From Candidatus Latescibacterota bacterium (GTDB taxonomy: Bacteria > Latescibacterota > UBA2968 > UBA8231), in NCBI GenBank assembly GCA_965243025.1, contig CBDETY010000003.1, positions 6,304,001 through 6,368,000 on the forward strand: a DNA stretch of 64,000 bases, written 5' to 3'. The notes under the pieces were generated by a model, which saw only the letters and a program-made list of their open reading frames with translations, was not told the origin of the DNA and searched no databases. The position numbers were made by a program, and so were the translations under genes. Positions 18,356 to 29,417 of the stretch are shown here, piece by piece; position 1 is the stretch's first letter; each line of letters opens with the position of its first letter.

Positions 18356-19180
18356 ATGACCAAGCTCGCCTTCATGAGCAGCGTTTGCCCCGACTGGACG
18401 CTCGGCGAGGTCGCCGGCGCCATGAAGGAGAACGGCTACACCGGTTTCGAGCCCCGCGTCGAGTGGGGCCACCTCTGCGGCATCGAGGCCGACCTGCCCG
18501 CGGAACGCCGCCGCGAGACGCGGGACCTGTTCGCCTCCGAGGGTCTCGAGATCTGCTGCCTGGCAACCGGGGTGCGCATGGCGGAGCCGGATGCCTCGGA
18601 GCGCGCCCACCACATCGAGGATCTGCGGCGTTACCTCGACCTCGCCGCGGACCTGGAGTGCGGGCTGGTGCGCACCTTCGGGGGCCGCCGCGACCGCGGC
18701 GCGGAATGGGCCGGGGTGGTCGACTACGTCGCCGCCGGCTACCGGCAGGTCGTCGACCAGGCGCGGGACGCCGGCGTCACCCTGCTGCTGGAGACGCACG
18801 ACGACTGGTCCGCCACGGCGCCGGTGCGCGCCGTGATCGAAGCGGTGGATCACCCCTGCCTGCAGGTGCTGTGGGACTTCATGCACCCGCAGCGGATGAT
18901 GGAGACCCCGGCCGAGTCGTTCCTCGCCGTCGGCATGCTGACCCGCCACACCCATGCCCACGACGGCCGCTGCGTCGACGGCAGGCTGCAGCTGCTCGAC
19001 CGCCTCGGCGACGGGGAGATCGACCACGCCGTTCCGCTGCAGCTGCTGAGCCGGGCGGGCTTCGAAGGGTACGTGTCGGTCGAGGTGATCAACCGGTCCG
19101 GAAGCGGCTACGATGCCCAAGCCGTGCTCACCCAGCACGCCGGGGAGCTGCGGCGCCTGGCCGCCTCGCCCTCCGGTTGA
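18356..19180 (+). CDS. Sugar phosphate isomerase/epimerase (xylose-isomerase-like TIM barrel)
   Basis: GFEPR, VRTFGG, LLETHD, LWDFMH, HTHAHD, GDGEID, VSVE. Confidence 0.85.
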   Translation: MTKLAFMSSVCPDWTLGEVAGAMKENGYTGFEPRVEWGHLCGIEADLPAERRRETRDLFASEGLEICCLATGVRMAEPDASERAHHIEDLRRYLDLAADLECGLVRTFGGRRDRGAEWAGVVDYVAAGYRQVVDQARDAGVTLLLETHDDWSATAPVRAVIEAVDHPCLQVLWDFMHPQRMMETPAESFLAVGMLTRHTHAHDGRCVDGRLQLLDRLGDGEIDHAVPLQLLSRAGFEGYVSVEVINRSGSGYDAQAVLTQHAGELRRLAASPSG

Positions 19181-19238
19181 GAGGGGATACCCGTTCCCCT
19201 AGGTTACCGGCCCGCCCATCCATTTCCCCCCGAGTCGG

Positions 19239-19715
19239 ATGACCCAACAACACCCACCCGCACAGCCGGCCGCTTTCGTCAAGCTTGCGGTCTTCGAAAA
19301 CGAGCTCGAAGCGCGCCAGTTGGAGTCGGAGCTTCTCAGCCGCAGCATACCCCACCTGGTCAAATCGTACCGCGACCCGGCGTACGTGGGGATCGTGCAG
19401 AACCACCGCGGCTGGGGCCATCTGGAGGCTCCCGCCATGTTCAGGGAGGAAATCGAGCAGATCCGCCGCGACCTCGGCGAGTCGGCGGACCCTCTCCCGC
19501 CGGGCACCCCGAAACCCGGTTTTGTCCGCTGGGCTACCTGGCTGTTTCTCGGCTGGCTTGCCGTCCTCGGGATGATGGCTTGGTCCGCTGACGAAGGTCT
19601 CCTTGTCAATTGGGTATCCACGGTCCTCATCCTGGTCCTGGCCGCCTGGTTCATTCGCCGCCCGGCAGGGCGCATCCTCGAGAGGCTTAGAACCCGCACC
19701 CGCGAAAGCTCCTGA
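19239..19715 (+). CDS. Hypothetical membrane protein with DUF2007-like N-terminal domain
   Basis: ENELEA..LES.L..RSIPH.VKSYRDPAY.GI, followed by two TM helices. Confidence 0.55.
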   Translation: MTQQHPPAQPAAFVKLAVFENELEARQLESELLSRSIPHLVKSYRDPAYVGIVQNHRGWGHLEAPAMFREEIEQIRRDLGESADPLPPGTPKPGFVRWATWLFLGWLAVLGMMAWSADEGLLVNWVSTVLILVLAAWFIRRPAGRILERLRTRTRESS

Positions 19716-19735
19716 CCTCAAACCCCCGGAAACCA

Positions 19736-21088
19736 ATGTCAATGGACAACGAATCGTCGCACGAAATCAGGGAAGCGCCCCGGGGTCTCGGCGGCATGCT
19801 GCGCAACATCGGCCCCGGGATCGTCGTCTCAGGGTCGGTGGTCGGCTCCGGGGAGCTGCTGGTGACCACGCGCATGGGGGCCGAAGTCGGCTTCGTGTTC
19901 CTGTGGGGGGTCATCGTCGCCTCGGTGGTCAAGTACTTCATCCAGGTCGAGCTGGGCAGGCAGTGCCTGCTCAACGACGAGACCACCATTCAGTCGCTCG
20001 ACCGGGTCCGGGGATTCAGGATGCGCAACACTTCCTGGAACGCCTGGCTCTGCATCCTCGGATTCCTCGGCGTCATGATCGCCCTCGTCGGCATCCTCGG
20101 TTCGGTGGGCGGGATGATGAGCTCGGTGTTTCCGTGGCTTCCCAAGTGGGCGTGGAACTGCGTCATCTTCGCCCTGCTCAGCGTGCTGATCTACCGCGGC
20201 CTCTACGAAGACCTGGAGAAGATGGTCTCCTTCCTGGTCGCCGCCTTCAGCCTCATCGTCATCTTCTGCGTCCTCGCCCTGCAGGGCACGGAGCACGCCA
20301 TCACCGGGGCGCAGCTGGCCTCGGGGCTGCGCCTGGCCATGCCGTCCGAAGGGGCCTTCACCGCCCTGGCGGTAATGGGCTCGGTCGGGGCCACCGCGGT
20401 CGAGCTGTTCATCTATCCCTACTGGATCCGGGAGAAGGGGTACCCGCGGTTCATCGGGCCGCGCGACGATTCGCCGGAATGGCGGGAACGCTACCGCGGC
20501 TGGATGCGGGTGGTGGCGGTCGACGCCGGGGTCTGCACCGGAATCGCCGTGGTCATCACCTGCGCCTACTACCTGCTGGGGGCCTCGATCCTCAACAAGC
20601 TCGAGGTGATGCCCGAAGGCTACGAGGTCGTCGACAACGTATCGCTGATCTTCACCGAGTCCCTTGGGGGGTGGGCCAAGAACATCTTCATGTTCGGCGC
20701 CTTCTGCACCCTGTTCTCGACCCTGCTGGTGTTCGCCGCCAGCTCCGGGCGGGTCATGCTCGATTTCCTGCGCCAGATCCGGGCGGTGGCCCCGAAGACG
20801 AGCGAGCAGCGGATGTTCCTGCTGCGGGTGCTGCAGATCGGCATCCCGCTGCTCTGGCTGCTCGGCGAGCTGCTCTACGCGCAGAAGCCCTTTCTGCTGC
20901 TCCGGCTCGGAGCAAACTGCAACAACCTGCTGCTGATCCCCTTGGCGTTCGGAGTGATGCACCTCGCCATGCGCCTCGGAGAGCGGGTGCGCATGCCGAT
21001 GTCCATCGAGCTGGGGTTGATGATCACGATCTGGGCGGTGACGATGTTCACCGGGTTCAACCTGTTCCAGCTCTGGACCTCGAACTGA
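19736..21088 (+). CDS. Nramp-family (YcsG-like) transporter
   Basis: IGPGIVVSGSVVGSGEL..T..GA..G, KYFIQVELGR, YPYW..EKG, LFSTL; many TM helices. Confidence 0.85.
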   Translation: MSMDNESSHEIREAPRGLGGMLRNIGPGIVVSGSVVGSGELLVTTRMGAEVGFVFLWGVIVASVVKYFIQVELGRQCLLNDETTIQSLDRVRGFRMRNTSWNAWLCILGFLGVMIALVGILGSVGGMMSSVFPWLPKWAWNCVIFALLSVLIYRGLYEDLEKMVSFLVAAFSLIVIFCVLALQGTEHAITGAQLASGLRLAMPSEGAFTALAVMGSVGATAVELFIYPYWIREKGYPRFIGPRDDSPEWRERYRGWMRVVAVDAGVCTGIAVVITCAYYLLGASILNKLEVMPEGYEVVDNVSLIFTESLGGWAKNIFMFGAFCTLFSTLLVFAASSGRVMLDFLRQIRAVAPKTSEQRMFLLRVLQIGIPLLWLLGELLYAQKPFLLLRLGANCNNLLLIPLAFGVMHLAMRLGERVRMPMSIELGLMITIWAVTMFTGFNLFQLWTSN

Positions 21089-21449
21089 GCCCGGCCAACA
21101 GCATCGGCAACGCTCGCAGCTCACGCTTCAGGGGATCCAGCACGTACCCCAAGGCTTCGAGGGTGACCACACCGAGGAGATTGCTGTCCCCGGTCTCGCC
21201 GAAGATAACCGGCGCCGCCCCCCGCTGGTCCTTGTAGCGGAACAACGCATCTCCCAGGTCGCGTTCGATCTCGTCGCCATTGGCCAGGGTAAAAGCCCGG
21301 CGAGAGTGCGGCCGAATGCCCAGATCGTCGAGGACGGCCCGCTGGACGACGGAGTAGACGGCACCGGAGTCGACGAGGAAACGCTCGGTATGGAAGTGTT
21401 CCGAGCGGGCGGGATTGGCGATGTCGATGTCGAGATAGGTAAGTCCCAT
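21057..21449 (-). CDS. Clan AA (retropepsin-like) aspartyl protease
   Basis: FLVDSGAVYS, LANG, LLGVVTLEALG..LDP. Confidence 0.85.
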   Translation of the reverse strand: MGLTYLDIDIANPARSEHFHTERFLVDSGAVYSVVQRAVLDDLGIRPHSRRAFTLANGDEIERDLGDALFRYKDQRGAAPVIFGETGDSNLLGVVTLEALGYVLDPLKRELRALPMLLAGLSSRSRAGTG

Positions 21450-21667
21450 GGGACGCACTCCGGTTGCTGAATCCCCGGCTCCAGAGCGAATGCGGCCGGG
21501 GCGGATTTCAATTTCTGTATCTCTATCATCACCGTTTCGCGTGCTGAGTCAACACCGGGCCTCTGCGGGAGGGCATTTCGGGGCTCGACCGAGCAATGTC
21601 ATATTGCTATCGATTCAAGGGGTAGGTGGGCCCACTCCGGCCGTCCGCGCCGGCAAAGCCCTGGGCC

Positions 21668-24337
21668 TCAGTACTCGTACGACAGCGAGATGTTCCAGCG
21701 CCGCGGCAGCCCGAGGAAGACGCGGGCGCTGGCCGCGTCGTGCCCGTCCCCGTCGTCCGCGTCGGAGACGTAGAGCTCGTCGAGCAGGTTGAAGACGTGC
21801 AGCCGCAGCCTCGTCCTGCCGTCGCCGAAGGCGCCGCCGGGCAGACTCCACCCCGCGTGCAGGTCCACGAGGTTGTAGTCCGGAACCTTCCACGACTGCC
21901 GGCGGTCGCCGGGGTCGGTGCGGTTGGCCGGGTCGAAGCGGGCGTAGTGATCCATGAACCGCCTGAAGCCCAGCGAGGCGTAGAGGCCCTGCGCGGGAAA
22001 CAGGGCGGCGCTCAGGGCCAGGCTCTTCTGCGCCGCGTCCCCGACCTTCAGCCCCCCGGCGTACACCTGGAAACTGCCGACGGCTTCCGGATCCTCCTCC
22101 GGTGAGAAGGTGACGTCGACGTCGTTGAGCCATTCCCACTCGCCCAGCGACAGCATGCCGCGCAGCTCCAGCATGGGGTGGAGGCGCGCCTTGAGGTCGA
22201 GCTCGACCCCCTTGTGCAGCGCGTCGATGCCGTTGAGCAGGAACCGGAAGCTCTGGTCGAGCTTGTCGCTGTAGATGCTCTTGGGCCAGGAGCGGTCCAT
22301 CCAGCGGGTGTAGTAGAGGTTCGCGTTTCCGGTGAAGCGGCCGGGCTCGAGGTAGCCGGCCCCCAGCTCGAAGGAGGCGACCTTCTCGTTGAAGGTGGGA
22401 TCGTAGAGGCTGTTGTCGTAGTGGTAGACGGAGTCGAACTTCGGCGCCGTCGACAGCCAGCCGGCGTTGGCGTAGAGATTGACCGTGGAGGTCAGGTTGT
22501 AGTTGCCCCCGAGCTTCACGGTGTAGCCGTTGAAGTTGGCCCAACCGGTCTCGTCCCACTCGCCGTCGACCTTGGGGCGGAAGTAGTCGATGCGGCTGTA
22601 CCCCGTGATCGACCCGGAGGCGCTGGTGAAGGCGGTCAGGTCTCCGAACCGTCCCTCGAGCTGGGCGAAACCGCCGCCCCAGCGCGTGAGGCCGTCGTTG
22701 TGGTAGGAGACCTTGTCCCCGAGCCGCTTGACCGGGCTCGCGGCGTTGGCGTCCCACTCGTAGACGAAGTAGTCGGCCCCGAGCAGGTTGCGAACCTCGC
22801 GCCAGTGCTGGCCCTTGTAGTAGCGCAGGTCGGCGCCCAGGGCGAGCCTGAAGGCGCTGCTCAGGCCGTATTCGGCCGTCCCCAGGTATCCGTACCAGAA
22901 GTGGCGGTTCACCGAGTTGCGGATCGCCGTCTGCGCGGCGATCTCGTCTTTTCCCACGTCCCCTGCGTCCACCAGGTCGGGGTCCGCTTCCGCCGCGGTC
23001 ATGGTGTTGAGCTCGTCCGCAACCCGCTGCCAGTCGATGCTGCCGTCGGCGTGCTGGCCGGGGTTGGCTCCCAGGCGGCCGGTGCCGCCCCCCTTGCCGC
23101 GGGAGAAGTAGAAGACGTTGGACAGGATCAGCCGCTCGCCGGGGGTCCAGTACCAGTTGAGGTTGACCTGCGGCTTGTGGTAGAAGTTCTCGCGCTCCAT
23201 CAGGACCGCGCTGTCGCGGGCGTCGTGGAGCTTGCCGTTGTAGTGCTCCCGGTAGGACGGGAAGGGCGACGGCCCCCAGTTGGGGTTGAAGCTGGCGCCG
23301 CGGCTCTCGGAGTCCGTCACGTCGATCCCCAGGGAGCGCGCGTAGCCGGCGTCAAAGGTGGCGATGGACTGCTTGTAGAGCCGCTGCCCGTGGCGCTGCG
23401 GGGCGCCGGCGGCGAACAGGTCGATCTTGTGCTCGTCGGAGGCGAGGAAGCTCAAGGCCCCGAAGTAGGACCAGGCCGACGTCCATGCCTGGTCGGGAAG
23501 GCCGTCTCCGGTCTTGCGGGTAACGCCGAGGGTGAGGGCGGTTCGGCCGTTCATCAACCCGGAAGAGAAGCCGACCCTGGTCTTGTAGAAGGCGGCGCTC
23601 CCGGCCTCCTGCTTGATCCGGAACCCGCGGCGCGCGCCGGCGACGTCGGTGATGATGTTCAGGGTGCCCCCGACCGAGGCGATGGCGAGGTTCGAGGCCC
23701 CCAGTCCGCGCTGCACCTGGACCGACGACGTCGCGTCCCCGAGGCCGTCGAAGTTGGACCAGTAGACCCAGCCGTTCTCCATGTCGTTGACCGGCACGCC
23801 GTTGATCATCACGGCGACGTTGCGCTGGTCGAACCCCCTGAGGTTGATGCGGGCATCGCCGGAGCCGCCCCCCTGCCCGGTGACGTACACCCCCGGCGTG
23901 TCGTCGAGGATCAGCGGCAGGTCCCGGGAGCCGAGCTTGCGGTCCACCTCCGCCCCGGGGACGTCCGAGAAGGCGACCGGCGTTTCCCGCAGCTTCGCCC
24001 GGTCGGCGACGACGACGATTTCCTGGCCCCGGAACACCTCGGGAACCAGCTCGACGAGCAGGTCGACGGCACCCGCCGTTACGAGAAGGGGAAGGCGGAG
24101 CTCCTCGTAGCCGATGTGGCTGGCGACAAGGGTGTCGCTACCCTCGGCGACGCCGGCGATCTCGAACTCCCCGTCGAGACCGGTGGAGGTTCCCCGGTCC
24201 GCGTTCTCGAGGTACACGTTCGCACCCGGAAGGGGCTCTCCGGTCCCGGCGTCGCGCACCGTGCCCTTCAGCACGGCCGCGGCCAGGGCGGAATGGGCGG
24301 GCAGCAGCAGAATGAGCGAGATCAGAATCGGCTTCAT
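21668..24337 (-). CDS. TonB-dependent receptor with N-terminal carboxypeptidase-regulatory-like domain
   Basis: GGAGG RBS and signal peptide MKPILISLILLLPAHSALA; GTVRD..TGEPLPGANV; plug LRGF...INGVP.ND.E.GWVYWSN; terminal NLLDELY...SLSYEY. Confidence 0.9.
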   Translation of the reverse strand: MKPILISLILLLPAHSALAAAVLKGTVRDAGTGEPLPGANVYLENADRGTSTGLDGEFEIAGVAEGSDTLVASHIGYEELRLPLLVTAGAVDLLVELVPEVFRGQEIVVVADRAKLRETPVAFSDVPGAEVDRKLGSRDLPLILDDTPGVYVTGQGGGSGDARINLRGFDQRNVAVMINGVPVNDMENGWVYWSNFDGLGDATSSVQVQRGLGASNLAIASVGGTLNIITDVAGARRGFRIKQEAGSAAFYKTRVGFSSGLMNGRTALTLGVTRKTGDGLPDQAWTSAWSYFGALSFLASDEHKIDLFAAGAPQRHGQRLYKQSIATFDAGYARSLGIDVTDSESRGASFNPNWGPSPFPSYREHYNGKLHDARDSAVLMERENFYHKPQVNLNWYWTPGERLILSNVFYFSRGKGGGTGRLGANPGQHADGSIDWQRVADELNTMTAAEADPDLVDAGDVGKDEIAAQTAIRNSVNRHFWYGYLGTAEYGLSSAFRLALGADLRYYKGQHWREVRNLLGADYFVYEWDANAASPVKRLGDKVSYHNDGLTRWGGGFAQLEGRFGDLTAFTSASGSITGYSRIDYFRPKVDGEWDETGWANFNGYTVKLGGNYNLTSTVNLYANAGWLSTAPKFDSVYHYDNSLYDPTFNEKVASFELGAGYLEPGRFTGNANLYYTRWMDRSWPKSIYSDKLDQSFRFLLNGIDALHKGVELDLKARLHPMLELRGMLSLGEWEWLNDVDVTFSPEEDPEAVGSFQVYAGGLKVGDAAQKSLALSAALFPAQGLYASLGFRRFMDHYARFDPANRTDPGDRRQSWKVPDYNLVDLHAGWSLPGGAFGDGRTRLRLHVFNLLDELYVSDADDGDGHDAASARVFLGLPRRWNISLSYEY

Positions 24338-24457
24338 GGACCTCCGCAGCGGGGGAAAGGACGCAAGGAGAAAATGGCCGTGGGCGCCGTTGACGAAGGC
24401 GGGAAACACCGCGCCTGCGGGGGCGGCGGCAAGGCTGGCCATGATGAGTTGTACGGG

Positions 24458-26713
<2,256 letters not shown>

Positions 26714-26852
26714 AGGCCGGTTGAGTCTCCCCGGGCTCGCGGATGTCCCCGGTCTCGATTCCGGTGAGACCGCGGTAACTCACAGAATGCCATCAGCCCC
26801 AGACACCCCGTTGATAAAGTTGCTCTGCCGGCCCCGGCCCGGATGGACTTTT

Positions 26853-27632
26853 TCAACGGGCTGCCCGGCCCGGATCGCCGCCGTACTGCTCGACGAGGTC
26901 GCGGTAGTTCACGCCCGTTCCCCCGAACAGGTCGAGCGCCGATCCCACCGTGAAGTCGAGCCGCCCCTGCCCGAGCTCGGCGACGAGCTCGACGTCCCCC
27001 ATGGATGCGATGCCCCCGGCGTAGGTCGTCGGAAGCGGACTGGCATCGGCCAGCAGCCGCATCAGCTCCCCGTCGATGCCCCCCTGCTTTCCCTCGACCT
27101 GGGTCGCGTGCACGAGGAACTCGGAGCAGAAGGGGGCGAGGCTCTCGAGGCTGGCCGCGGTGATCTCGAAGTCGGTGAGGGTCCGCCAGCGGTCCGCCGC
27201 GACGAAGTAACGCCCGTCCCGGGCGGCGCAGCTCAGGTCGAGAACGAGGTTGCCGGCGCCGACGGCGGCGGCCATCTGCTCGGCGCGGGAAGGCCAGAAG
27301 GCGGCATTCTCGAAGAGACAGGAGGTGGCGATGACGGCGCCGGCCCCGCGCCGCAGCCAGCCGGGGGCGTTGCCGGGGTTCATGCCGCCGCCGACCTGAA
27401 GCCCGCCGGGGAAGGCTTCGAGAGCCTCGGCCGCAGCCGTCTCGTTTCCCGGGCCCAGCATGATCACGTGTCCGCCGGGGAGCCCGTCGTCGCGGTAGCG
27501 CCGGGCGAACCAGGAAGCCGGCTGGCGGCTGGTGAAGTTGGTCCGCGTCCCCTGCGACGGGTCGTCGAGGGTGTCGCCGACGATCTGCACGACCCTGCCG
27601 TCGCGGAGGTCGATGCAGGGGCGGAAACGCAT
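26853..27632 (-). CDS. hisA: ProFAR isomerase HisA, eukaryotic (HIS6) type
   Basis: FRPCIDLRDGRVVQIVG, GGHVIMLG, LQVGGG, LVLDLSC, EFLVHA..VEG, TYAGG, TVGSALDLFGG. Confidence 0.88.
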   Translation of the reverse strand: MRFRPCIDLRDGRVVQIVGDTLDDPSQGTRTNFTSRQPASWFARRYRDDGLPGGHVIMLGPGNETAAAEALEAFPGGLQVGGGMNPGNAPGWLRRGAGAVIATSCLFENAAFWPSRAEQMAAAVGAGNLVLDLSCAARDGRYFVAADRWRTLTDFEITAASLESLAPFCSEFLVHATQVEGKQGGIDGELMRLLADASPLPTTYAGGIASMGDVELVAELGQGRLDFTVGSALDLFGGTGVNYRDLVEQYGGDPGRAAR

Positions 27633-27648
27633 GGCGCAGCCTGGCGCC

Positions 27649-28515
27649 CTAGCGGGCGGCGCCGACCTTGAAGGCGGGGATCTCGTCGCTGCGTTCGATC
27701 TCGTCGCCGGTGTGTTCCCCGATCCACTCCTTCAGGGGGACCTCCCCGTCCACCGGGATCTGGAAGCCCATGGCGCTGCTGCAGTCCCCGAGGAGCTGCC
27801 GGCGGACCGGGTCGCAGCGGTCGAGCAGCTCTTCCGGCATGCGGATGTAGTCCATCGGCCGCAGCCAGCGGTACCCGTACCCGAAGAAGAGGGTTTTGCG
27901 CGTGACCTGGGAATGGTTGGGGCCGACTGCGTGCATGGTGCGGTTCTCGAACAGCACGGCGTCGCCCGGCCGGCAGCGCATGGCGAACTCCTCGCTGCCG
28001 TCGAGGTCTCCTTCCGGGGGCTCGACCCCGGTGTCGTTGCTGCCCGGCAGCAGCCGGATGGCGCCGCGGCCCGGTTCGCTGATGTCGCTGAGCCAGTAGG
28101 CGATCTTGATGAACATGCGCGGCTGCGCGGGGCCGAGATCGGAGGGGCAGGTGCCGCCGTCCCGGTGCCATCCCTGGCGCCCGTACGAGGAGCCGGAGTC
28201 CGCCGGGATCGGCGGTCTCACCACGAGGTGGGAGGTGATCAGCTGGACGTTGTGGTTGAGGAGCTGGACCACCAGCGGCACGGTGGCCCGCCAGTCGAGC
28301 AGTTCGAGGAAGACGTCGTCCTCGACCAGGCAGTTGCGGAGCTGCCAGAAGCCGCGTTCGTTCAGCCCGCCGGCGCGCCTGCCGCGCTCGTACAGGCGGT
28401 CCGAGGCCTCGAGCAGGCGCTCGACCATGCCGGAGGGCAGGGCCTGCGGCACCACGAGAAAGCCGTCGCGTTCGAAGTCGTCGCGCTGTTGACGGGAGAG
28501 CGGGGTGAATTCCAT
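27649..28515 (-). CDS. Phytanoyl-CoA dioxygenase (PhyH) family protein
   Basis: FERDGFLVV, WHRD, LLPGSN, GDAVLFENRTMH...N...R. Confidence 0.88.
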   Translation of the reverse strand: MEFTPLSRQQRDDFERDGFLVVPQALPSGMVERLLEASDRLYERGRRAGGLNERGFWQLRNCLVEDDVFLELLDWRATVPLVVQLLNHNVQLITSHLVVRPPIPADSGSSYGRQGWHRDGGTCPSDLGPAQPRMFIKIAYWLSDISEPGRGAIRLLPGSNDTGVEPPEGDLDGSEEFAMRCRPGDAVLFENRTMHAVGPNHSQVTRKTLFFGYGYRWLRPMDYIRMPEELLDRCDPVRRQLLGDCSSAMGFQIPVDGEVPLKEWIGEHTGDEIERSDEIPAFKVGAAR

Positions 28516-28549
28516 GACCGGTACAACGAAATCCGGCGAACTGGGGGGG

Positions 28550-29137
28550 TCAACCCTCCTGGCCGCCGGGGACGTCCGCTGCCGCGGCGACGTACACGCT
28601 GACCGCGCTGTCCCCGGACGGGCGGCGGCGCTCGAGGCGCAGGGAATCGAGGGAATCGGGAAGTTGCAGGCTTCCGGGGTGCTGAACGAACATCATGCCG
28701 CCGCTGCCGAGCATGCCGGAGAGCGCGACCTGCTCGGCGAGCGCCAGGCTCAGGGGGCGGCCCCCCAGGGCGGTCTCGTACGGCGGGTCGACGTACACCC
28801 CGTCGTAGCGGCCGTCGGCCCGGGAGATCAGGGCCTGCGCCTTCCGGTTGGAAAGCTGCAGGCGCTCGTCGACGCCCCAGGCCCGCAACAGCTCCCGGAG
28901 CATCCGGTAGCGCCTGCCGTCCGGCTCGCAGGCGGTGACCCGCGCGCCGCGGCTGTACGCCTCCAGGGCGATCTGGCCGCTGCCGGCGCACAGGTCGAGG
29001 AAGGACCGGCCCGCGAGCGGGCCGAGCATCGAGAAGACCGCCTCCTTCAGGCGCGCCGAGGTGACGCGGATCTCCCCGTGCCTGCGCGGGTTGAAGGGAA
29101 TCGAGCGGCCTTTCAGGGAGCCGGTGACTATGCGCAC
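28550..29137 (-). CDS. rsmD: 16S rRNA m2G966 methyltransferase RsmD family
   Basis: RIVTGSLKGR, LKEAVFS, FLDLCAGSGQI.LEAYSRGA, DPPY. Confidence 0.85.
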   Translation of the reverse strand: MRIVTGSLKGRSIPFNPRRHGEIRVTSARLKEAVFSMLGPLAGRSFLDLCAGSGQIALEAYSRGARVTACEPDGRRYRMLRELLRAWGVDERLQLSNRKAQALISRADGRYDGVYVDPPYETALGGRPLSLALAEQVALSGMLGSGGMMFVQHPGSLQLPDSLDSLRLERRRPSGDSAVSVYVAAAADVPGGQEG

Positions 29138-29150
29138 GGTCGGTACTTCA

Positions 29151-29345
29151 GAGCGGGAACCGGATCGAAGGCAATGGCGTTTTCAGCCTTGGAGGATTGT
29201 TCTCGGTGCGAAAATCCTCAGCACCACCACGACAGGGTCTGGTCGTGCTCAATGCCGAAGATAACCCGGTATTCGCTTTTTCCCATCGAGCGGGGACTGC
29301 ACATCTCTGCAGTACCCGCCAGGAACTAGCCATTCCGCATGGTTG
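29151..29345. ncRNA. Candidate structured RNA (five adjacent hairpins), family unknown
   Basis: Stems GAGGATT/AATCCTC, CACGAC/GTCGTG, AATGCCG/CGGTATT, GCGGG.ACTGCA/TGCAGT.CCCGC and CAA.GGC/GCCTTG, with minimal linkers. Confidence 0.3.
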
Positions 29346-29417
29346 CACGTCTTACTCACGTCCCTGCTGTTCAAACCAGTGTATGCTTCTCGAGCTCGAC
29401 GCTCGGGGTTCGCTCGC

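Noticed and set aside
21057-21449. Retroelement origin of the retropepsin-like protease
   Set aside because: Stand-alone clan AA proteases are common in bacteria, and there is no reverse transcriptase or integrase nearby.
29249-29360. 36-codon minus-strand ORF (VSKTCNHAEW...) within the hairpin region
   Set aside because: Short, with no recognisable motif and weak codon bias; RNA structure explains the region better.
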